A stretch of DNA of 14,223 bases from a virus, in the UHGV virus genome UHGV-0168750. The stretch is one strand, 5' to 3'. Of this stretch, positions 7,939-14,223 are shown piece by piece. Each line of letters starts with the position of its first letter. The first letter of the stretch is position 1. Both the position numbers and the translations under genes were made by a program. The notes under the pieces are model-generated. The model saw only the letters and a program-made list of their open reading frames with translations. It made no database searches and had not been told where the DNA came from.

Positions 7939-10900
7939 ATGGCTAAAGCGGTCAAGAAAATACGTTTGCACGATTTACGTCCTTACGCCGGTGATATCGG
8001 TGAAGGCGTTTTGCTTTTTTCGAAAGACGAAAAAGATTATCAATTACCAGTCCGTGAGATCGTTGCTGATATTGACACCGTAAGGAACGCGGTTGCTGAT
8101 GCACAGTCCGCAGCAGCACAATCACAACAGTCGGCCACAGAAGCAACACAAGCAAAAGATTTAGCGGAAACCGCGAAACAGCAGGTTGACACTACCGCAT
8201 CAACTGTTAGCGAACAAGCACAAACGGTAGCAACAAAAGCGGCTGAGGTCGGCACAAAACATGCCGAAGTTTTAGCAGCAAAAACAGCAGTAGACACTGT
8301 TTTACAGTCGGTGAACGAAAAGGCTCAGGCCGTCTCTGCGAGTGAAAAAGCAGTCACAACAGCCGCCGCCGACGTAACGAAGAAAGCAGAAACTGTTACC
8401 CAGCAAGCTGGTCAAGTTCAACAGTCAGTCACTAGCATCACTGAAATTGCGGCAACTGTTGAAGCCAGTAAAGGCGCTGTGGAAGCTACTGCTGTACAAG
8501 TTACGAAAGACAAAGAATCCGCAGAAGGGGCAGCGACGCGTTCAGAAGCTGCTGCACAACGTGCTGAAGACATCGCTGCACAGGGGTTAATTGACGCCAC
8601 TACAGCTAACAAGGGTATCGTTAAACTTAATAATACCCTAACCAGTGATTCAGTAACGGAAGCGGCTACACCGTCGACAGTGAAGCAACTGAACGACGAG
8701 CTGCAATTAAAAGCCAACAAGCACTCACCGAACTTTACGGGGCAGCCGTCAGCACCAACACCTCCGAAAAATTCTAATGATACCAGTATTTCGACTACTG
8801 CGTGGGTACGTGCAGCTATCGCTGAATTAGTCGGTTCTTCTCCTGAAACGTTAGATACCTTAGCGGAATTAGCCGAAGCGCTGGGTAATGATCCTAACTT
8901 CGCAACAACGATTACTGAGAAACTTGCGCAGAAGCAACCTATCAGTCCGTTACTCACTGCAATCGCTGCGGTTACGACAGCGGCAAATAAACTCCCGTAT
9001 TTCACCGGCACTAATAAAGTCGGGTTAGCCGATTTTACAGAAACCGCCAGAACGTTATTAGCGAAAGGTTCAACAACCGAAATCATTGAGTTTTTAGGAT
9101 TAAAAGCCACCGTAGATAAAGCGAATGGCGCATTACAGAAAAACTCTAATGGTGCTGATATTCCAGATAAAGAAACATTTGCCCGCAATATTGGTCTGTC
9201 TCCTGACACTTATCTGCGTTTCCGTGGTGAAATGCCAACTGATGCGGATATCAACACTTTCGCCCCAGATACCAACTACACGGGTACGTGGTCGAAAGCA
9301 ACCTCGACCAACGCGACAATGGCAAAACACTTTCCAGAAGACGGTGCGGTCGGTTATCTGGAAGTGTATAAAGCGGGTAACTATAGCGGTGCACAACGTT
9401 TTACCTGTCGTAATGGTAACGTCTATAACCGTATGTTGTCAGGTGTGTGGAACGGCACTAATGGCCCGTGGTCACCGTGGAGAATGGTAACTACCGGTGT
9501 ACGTCCACTGGCTACATCAATTGACCTGAACTCCTTAGGCGGTGCCGAACACATGGGTAACTGGCGAAACTCGTCCAGTTCGTTGGCTACCTTTGCTAAC
9601 CACTACCCGGAAGAGGGCGGTGCTGCTCAAGGTGTTTTGGAAGTCATGGAAGGCGGTCTTTACGGACGTTTACAACGTTACACTACTCGACGTGGTACGA
9701 TGTATGTTCGTGGTTTGACGGCGACGTGGGATTCTACTAATCCGCAATGGGAAGATTGGATTCAGGTAGGTTATCAAACCGACGGCGCGTATTACAAAGG
9801 AAACTTCGATAACCTGACTAAACCAGGTCGTTTCAGCGTCACTGGAGAAGCCACGAATGGTCCCCTTACAGGTCCTTCGGGTGAAACATTGTTGGGTGTC
9901 TGTGCAGTTACTGTACGTTTAGACGGTACAGGGATCGAACAAACCTACACCACGCACGGTACAGGTGCGGAGTACAAAGGTCGACGTTTCCACCGTATTC
10001 GTACGGGTAATGTCTGGACGCCGTGGCGCGAGATTTACGACTCGAACAGTTTAGCCATGTTGTTAGGGGTCGGCGGCGAACGTGCGAATGTTGATCCTTT
10101 AGACTGGCAAACCTACGACTTTAAACCGGGTGAATTAATCTGTACGCCACTTAATACCATGAAAAACATTCCTGCGGGAATGGATTGGGGTGTTATCGAC
10201 GGTAATTTAATTAACATCCTGGTTGGGCCATCTGATGGCGCTACGTCAGGTCGAAGTATGTTGGTTTGGCGTAGTACGGTGTCTACCGCCAACTATCGCT
10301 TCTTTGCAGTACGTATCGCCGGTGAGAAGGGTAGCCGTACGATTACGCCACGACAAATGCCTGTGTTGAATGCGGCGCACACTTGGACAGAGAAACAGAC
10401 CTTTGCAAAAGGCTTGTCGGGCGAATTAACCGGTAATGCTTCAACCGCAACCAAATTACAAACTGCCCGGAAAATCGGTGGCGTTGGGTTTGACGGTAGT
10501 GGTGATATTAACCTCCCAGGCGTAAACCAACAGGGTAATCAAAACACCACGGGTAATGCCGGGACAGCCACTAAACTTCAAACCGCCAGAAATATTAACG
10601 GCGTGAGATTCGACGGTTCTGGCGATATTAATATCAACACCCTGGTAGGTCGTGGTCGGGTTACAGCTCTAACCGGCTCAGCGAAAGGTACACCTGGTAT
10701 CCAGATGTACGAAGTTTACAATAACGGTTATCCGACCGCTTATGGTAACTTACTACATTTAGGTGGTTCTACAGCTGTAGGCGAAGGCGAACTGTTAATC
10801 GGTTGGTCAGGTACTAACGGCGCACACGCCCCAGTGTTTATCCGTAGTCGTCGCGACAATGCGGAAGCACCATGGTCGGACTGGGCACAGGTATACACCG

Positions 10901-12441
10901 CCCGCGATAGCATCCCAGGGGTAAACGCGACTGGTAATCAAGATACTACCGGTAACGCGGCTACCGCGACGAAGTTGAAAACCGCTCGCAAAATTGGCGG
11001 TGTGAGCTTTGATGGTACTGGGGATATCAATTTACCGGGGGTTAACCAGCAAGGCAACCAGAATACGACAGGTAATGCAGCAACCGCTACCAAGTTACAA
11101 ACCGCAAGAACCATCAATGGTGTTGCGTTTGACGGCACTAAAAACATCGAAATAACGGCTGAAAGTTTAAATCTTGGTCAAACCGTAGAATTGGCCGGTG
11201 GGTCATTGCAGAAAAACCAGAACGGCGCAGATATTCCTGATAAGGGTCGCTTCCTGAGTAACATTAATGTTTACAGCAAAGGCGAGGTGGATGAGAAAAA
11301 AGGAATGCGGCAGTACGTATTTAACGCGCCGTCTAATGCCGTTGGCGGAAAGTGGTATCCAGTTATTTTCCGGCGTTCCACTGGTAGCACCGGCGAACTG
11401 GCTTCCAGAGTAGTTATTACAACTACATCTGCCGGTGGCGATTACGCAATGAATAACTGCGAATTCAATGGAACGGTAATGGCGGGCGGTTGGACTGATC
11501 GCGGTTCATACGCAGCAGGGTATTTTTCGATATATCAGACTAATGAGCGCGCAATCCATTCCATTGTAACAGGTGTGAAAGATGATGATGTGTGCAGCGT
11601 TTTTTACGTCGAAGGTAGGGCTTTCCCTATTCGAGTTTTTGCCGAAGAAGGGTTATCGGTTAGTGTTCCGACCCAGAATTATACCGTCGGTCAAACAACC
11701 TATAAGTGGGGAGCAACTAATCCTGCGACAGAAAGCACGAACGCACAAACCATTTTGGATTTTAACAATGGACGAGGATTTTATTGTTCCCATTCAATAT
11801 TCGCTATTAATAGTATTTTAAGCGGTAATCTGGGTATCGGTACCGCGAATGCTTTAGGTGGGAATTCCATAGTTTTAGGGGATAATGACACCGGTCTTAA
11901 ACAGAATGGGGACGGTATTCTAGATGTCTATGCCAACGGTCGACATGTATACCGTTTTCAAAACGGCATTGCTATTGCTCTTTATGGTGTTCAGGCTGGT
12001 AACGGTAAAAAACTTTCGTTAACTAGCGCAAACAATTCCACGTTGAATGCGGGTCTTAACATTTGGGGTAACTCTTCGCGTCCAACTGTTGTAGAACTCG
12101 GTGATGACGCAGGCTGGCATTTTTATAGCCAACGAAACACCGACAACTCGATATCGTTCGCCGTTAATGGGCAAATTCAACCGGGAAACTGGAGTAATTT
12201 CGATTCCAGGTACCAAGCACGGTCAGGAGTTGTCCAGGATGTTCGTTTCGGTGGTCAAAGTTATCATAACCCCGGGAGTAATACGACCTCTTGGAATTTC
12301 TCCGCTCCAGGTGGTCATTGTCTTACTGGTATTTCTATATCGGATACTGGCAAAAACTCGGCAGATAACGTTAACGGTGTTTATTATCGCCCGCTACAAA
12401 AATTGGTTAATGGTACTTGGTACAACGTCGCGTCGGTATAG
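7939..12441 (+). CDS. Long tail fibre protein (1500 aa)
   Basis: N-terminal shared module [36 protein letters not shown]; Ala/Gln/Thr-rich coiled-coil-like region; tandem ~75-aa domains; four copies of the tail-fibre repeat TGNAxTATKLxTARxIxGVxFDGSGDI; C-terminal [13 protein letters not shown]-type motif; followed by a Tfa chaperone gene. The ORF-track start at 7882 lies inside the hairpin. Confidence 0.85.
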   Translation: MAKAVKKIRLHDLRPYAGDIGEGVLLFSKDEKDYQLPVREIVADIDTVRNAVADAQSAAAQSQQSATEATQAKDLAETAKQQVDTTASTVSEQAQTVATKAAEVGTKHAEVLAAKTAVDTVLQSVNEKAQAVSASEKAVTTAAADVTKKAETVTQQAGQVQQSVTSITEIAATVEASKGAVEATAVQVTKDKESAEGAATRSEAAAQRAEDIAAQGLIDATTANKGIVKLNNTLTSDSVTEAATPSTVKQLNDELQLKANKHSPNFTGQPSAPTPPKNSNDTSISTTAWVRAAIAELVGSSPETLDTLAELAEALGNDPNFATTITEKLAQKQPISPLLTAIAAVTTAANKLPYFTGTNKVGLADFTETARTLLAKGSTTEIIEFLGLKATVDKANGALQKNSNGADIPDKETFARNIGLSPDTYLRFRGEMPTDADINTFAPDTNYTGTWSKATSTNATMAKHFPEDGAVGYLEVYKAGNYSGAQRFTCRNGNVYNRMLSGVWNGTNGPWSPWRMVTTGVRPLATSIDLNSLGGAEHMGNWRNSSSSLATFANHYPEEGGAAQGVLEVMEGGLYGRLQRYTTRRGTMYVRGLTATWDSTNPQWEDWIQVGYQTDGAYYKGNFDNLTKPGRFSVTGEATNGPLTGPSGETLLGVCAVTVRLDGTGIEQTYTTHGTGAEYKGRRFHRIRTGNVWTPWREIYDSNSLAMLLGVGGERANVDPLDWQTYDFKPGELICTPLNTMKNIPAGMDWGVIDGNLINILVGPSDGATSGRSMLVWRSTVSTANYRFFAVRIAGEKGSRTITPRQMPVLNAAHTWTEKQTFAKGLSGELTGNASTATKLQTARKIGGVGFDGSGDINLPGVNQQGNQNTTGNAGTATKLQTARNINGVRFDGSGDININTLVGRGRVTALTGSAKGTPGIQMYEVYNNGYPTAYGNLLHLGGSTAVGEGELLIGWSGTNGAHAPVFIRSRRDNAEAPWSDWAQVYTARDSIPGVNATGNQDTTGNAATATKLKTARKIGGVSFDGTGDINLPGVNQQGNQNTTGNAATATKLQTARTINGVAFDGTKNIEITAESLNLGQTVELAGGSLQKNQNGADIPDKGRFLSNINVYSKGEVDEKKGMRQYVFNAPSNAVGGKWYPVIFRRSTGSTGELASRVVITTTSAGGDYAMNNCEFNGTVMAGGWTDRGSYAAGYFSIYQTNERAIHSIVTGVKDDDVCSVFYVEGRAFPIRVFAEEGLSVSVPTQNYTVGQTTYKWGATNPATESTNAQTILDFNNGRGFYCSHSIFAINSILSGNLGIGTANALGGNSIVLGDNDTGLKQNGDGILDVYANGRHVYRFQNGIAIALYGVQAGNGKKLSLTSANNSTLNAGLNIWGNSSRPTVVELGDDAGWHFYSQRNTDNSISFAVNGQIQPGNWSNFDSRYQARSGVVQDVRFGGQSYHNPGSNTTSWNFSAPGGHCLTGISISDTGKNSADNVNGVYYRPLQKLVNGTWYNVASV
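9247..10038 (+). repeat. Three tandem ~75-aa domain repeats inside the fibre (a fourth diverged copy at about 10640-10897)
   Basis: Each unit ends in a Trp-rich motif: [38 protein letters not shown], and in the fourth copy [12 protein letters not shown]. Protein-level periodicity; the nucleotide sequences are diverged. Confidence 0.45.
10432..10636 (+). repeat. Pair of tail-fibre sequence repeats (~33 aa each) inside the fibre gene
   Basis: [69 protein letters not shown]; the T-A-T-K-L...FDGSxDI pattern is the classical phage tail-fibre repeat shared by T-even and lambdoid side fibres. Confidence 0.7.
10933..11154 (+). repeat. Second pair of tail-fibre sequence repeats
   Basis: [74 protein letters not shown]; same motif as 10432-10636 with many synonymous differences, so an old duplication. 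Confidence 0.7.
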
Positions 12442-12443
12442 TT

Positions 12444-12974
12444 ATGTTACATTTAAAAAATATTCGTTCAGGAAACCCTAAAACTCCCGAACAGTGGGAG
12501 CTTACCAAGCGCTTAGGCGTCATATGGCTTTACGATGAAACCGGAAAAAATTGGTATGAGGAGCAAAAGAATTTTCAAGCAGATACTATAAAATTCGGGT
12601 ACGATGCGGACGGCATCATACGTTGGAAGGTTAAAGACATAACGTCGATAAACCCTGACAGTTTAAGCGTTGTTGAAGTTCCCGACGTTATTATAAACCG
12701 TCGTGTCGAATGTAACGGCGAGTGGATGTTTAAAGACGGACGCGCAATCAAGCGGATTTATACGCCGGAGGAGCTGGTTCAACGTGCTGAATCTAAAAAA
12801 GCCGTATTGTTGTCCGAGGCAGAAACAGTCATTAAGCCGCTTGAGCGGGCTGTTAAGCTGAAAATCGCAACAGATCTCGAGCGGTTACGGCTGGAAGCCT
12901 GGGAGGGTTATACTGTAATGATCAGTCGCGTCGATACTAATAATCCCGTCTGGCCTGAAAAACCGCTAATATAA
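12444..12974 (+). CDS. tfa: Tail fibre assembly protein (Tfa-type chaperone, 176 aa)
   Basis: ATG 2 nt after the fibre stop. C-terminus [46 protein letters not shown] matches the conserved Tfa motif (lambda Tfa ends ...[48 protein letters not shown], from memory). The ORF-track start at 12417 overlaps the fibre gene and is rejected. Confidence 0.85.
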   Translation: MLHLKNIRSGNPKTPEQWELTKRLGVIWLYDETGKNWYEEQKNFQADTIKFGYDADGIIRWKVKDITSINPDSLSVVEVPDVIINRRVECNGEWMFKDGRAIKRIYTPEELVQRAESKKAVLLSEAETVIKPLERAVKLKIATDLERLRLEAWEGYTVMISRVDTNNPVWPEKPLI

Positions 12975-13012
12975 CCAGCTTGAAACTTCTCTGAAAATTG
13001 GAGGTAAGCTTT

Positions 13013-13528
13013 ATGGGGCAATTCGTGCCGGATTTGTCACTGACCTCACCTAACATGGTTATTTCGTTGATCAATCACGACCTTCAGCTTGATCTGCAAG
13101 AAACCGATGTTGAGTTTAGCGAACTAAAATCTAGCGACACGATGGATCGTGACACCACTGCTGTTGTAAAGATTAGACGTCCTGGTAACAGAACGTTACA
13201 AATCTATTACAACCGTTTAACCGCAGAACGTTGGTTAAACCAGCAACCTATTCTGGTGCAAGTAACTGGCGAGGGGTTTAGCACACACGATTTAATCGAC
13301 GCGATTAACGCAGCCTGTGGCAGTAACCTGCAACCCGAAGATCTTCAGGACGATTCATTTACAGTAGGAAAAGACGCTGTAACGTTACAGGTATCACCTA
13401 ACTCCCTAAGTTATAAAGGCCAATTCTCTGTTTTGGTTTTTGGTAACGGCGAAGAAGCCGCGGTAACAAAAGACGACAACTTAATTGTTACCGCAGATAA
13501 TCGTGTCTTAACCTTCGGAGGTCAATAA
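13013..13528 (+). CDS. P1b: conserved small protein (171 aa), paralogue of 3869-4429
   Basis: ATG at 13013 preceded by TGGAGG; N-terminus MGQFVPDLSLTS..LINHD and internal motifs shared with P1a; stop TAA overlaps the next ATG (TAATG at 13526-13530). Confidence 0.65.
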   Translation: MGQFVPDLSLTSPNMVISLINHDLQLDLQETDVEFSELKSSDTMDRDTTAVVKIRRPGNRTLQIYYNRLTAERWLNQQPILVQVTGEGFSTHDLIDAINAACGSNLQPEDLQDDSFTVGKDAVTLQVSPNSLSYKGQFSVLVFGNGEEAAVTKDDNLIVTADNRVLTFGGQ

Positions 13529-14148
13529 TGGCTGAATTGGTAGGAAAGGTACGTGTTCACGAACTGCCGTCGCTTTCAGAAGACATCACGGGTGTAGTAG
13601 TCTTAGCGTCTAAGGAACAAACCGAATATCAACTCCCGATTGAGAATTTAGGGGGTGGCGAGGTTACAGTGAGTCCGTCAGCGAATAACATCCTTAAGTC
13701 TAACAGCGATGGACTGTTTGTTGACGGCGCACATCCTATTATACCGAAAATGGATGCAAAAACCTTATCGGGAAATATGGTGGTAGAAAAAACGCTGACA
13801 GGTGGCGCGGTAATCTGCAAAACAATGGTTGACGTTAATAATAGGCTGGGGATTTCGCAATTATCTGGAGTGTCAATTTATAGCCAGTGCCTGCTGGAAA
13901 ATAAATTGGTTTACCTGGCAGAAGACGGCAGTATTATTGATGCGTACTTCTACATCAGTAATACAAAAACCACTGCCAGTACAATAACGCACACTATTCG
14001 GGTTGTGTTAGCGAAGATACCTTCTAAAGTTATTGATATCACCGATTTGTCTGAAACTGAGGTGCAATACCAGGATGGTAATCTACCTGTTAAGATCGTT
14101 ATTAAACATCTTGTGGGTACAACACTTTCTCAGAATGGGATGAAATAG
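13528..14148 (+). CDS. P2b: protein (206 aa) carrying the shared N-terminal module; putative second short fibre or receptor-binding protein
   Basis: Residues 6-41 GKVRVHELPSLSEDITGVVVLASKEQTEYQLPIENL align with the N-termini of P2a and the long fibre; the C-terminal ~165 aa are unrelated to both. Confidence 0.65.
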   Translation: MAELVGKVRVHELPSLSEDITGVVVLASKEQTEYQLPIENLGGGEVTVSPSANNILKSNSDGLFVDGAHPIIPKMDAKTLSGNMVVEKTLTGGAVICKTMVDVNNRLGISQLSGVSIYSQCLLENKLVYLAEDGSIIDAYFYISNTKTTASTITHTIRVVLAKIPSKVIDITDLSETEVQYQDGNLPVKIVIKHLVGTTLSQNGMK

Positions 14149-14152
14149 TTTT

Positions 14153-14200
14153 AGGTAGTAGGGGCTAAGCCCCTACTACCTTTTTCTTTTTTTATTTTTT
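14153..14200 (+). terminator. Strong rho-independent terminator at the end of the fibre operon
   Basis: Perfect 13-bp stem AGGTAGTAGGGGC (14153-14165) / GCCCCTACTACCT (14169-14181) with a 3-nt loop, then TTTTTCTTTTTTTATTTTTT; begins 5 nt after the P2b stop. Confidence 0.8.
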
Positions 14201-14223
14201 CTCAGATATATATTACCTAGAGG

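Noticed and set aside
8418-9209. 263-aa minus-strand ORF (and the shorter minus-strand ORFs at 1711-2058, 2206-2460, 4075-4335, 4403-4654, 5945-6282, 7137-7376, 7952-8297, 9133-9396, 10938-11147, 12019-12216, 13629-13820)
   Set aside because: All are antisense to well-supported + strand genes. The long one is the complement of the Ala/Thr-rich coiled-coil-coding region, where stop codons are rare by composition. None has a ribosome-binding site or a coherent protein-like sequence.
10432-11154. Diversity-generating retroelement (template/variable repeats) acting on the fibre
   Set aside because: The repeated segments are conserved at protein level but differ by scattered, mostly synonymous substitutions rather than adenine-specific changes. 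No reverse transcriptase gene or non-coding template repeat is present in the window.
1453-12481. Nested + strand ORFs 1453-1659, 9125-9490, 11582-11821 and 12101-12481
   Set aside because: Out-of-frame ORFs wholly inside longer, better-supported genes; no independent start signals.
32-12998. ORF-track start codons at 32, 2985, 3800, 4359, 4823, 7882, 12417 and 12998
   Set aside because: 32 lies in adapter sequence; 3800 and 7882 lie inside hairpins; 2985, 4359, 4823 and 12417 overlap the upstream gene; 12998 is a TTG without a ribosome-binding site. In each case a downstream in-frame start with better context or a paralogue-matching N-terminus exists.
10900-14148. Invertible host-range segment (Gin/Cin/Min-type) with alternative fibre C-termini
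   Set aside because: Genes downstream of tfa are on the same strand and unrelated to fibre C-termini. No inverted copy of the fibre 3' end, no flanking inverted repeats and no invertase gene were noticed.
1-14223. CRISPR arrays, tRNA or rRNA genes
   Set aside because: No regularly spaced direct repeats with unique spacers and no cloverleaf-like conserved tRNA motifs were noticed; coding density leaves no room for rRNA. Done by eye, so a proper tRNA scan is still advisable.

Overview
Co-directional (+ strand), tightly packed gene block that reads as a tailed-phage or prophage/tailocin region; every call rests on reading the sequence and the ORF track by eye, with no database search. Positions 1-48 are not biological: they are an Illumina Nextera-type adapter (P5 tail, 8-nt index, Tn5 mosaic-end read-1 adapter), so the left end is a library artefact. 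Positions 50-3780 carry about nine small or medium genes of unknown function, chained by ATGA/TAATG stop-start overlaps and closed by an intrinsic terminator (3808-3852). Positions 3869-14148 form a receptor-binding module: a paralogous two-gene cassette present twice (3869-4856 and 13013-14148), a ~1000-aa enzyme-like protein (4859-7864), a ~1500-aa long tail fibre (7939-12441) and a lambda-type tail-fibre assembly chaperone (12444-12974), ending in a strong terminator (14153-14200). The most interesting feature is a ~35-aa N-terminal module shared by the long fibre and two otherwise unrelated small proteins, one of which sits 3 nt upstream of the enzyme-like protein that lacks it. No tRNA, CRISPR array, integrase, invertase or reverse transcriptase was seen.
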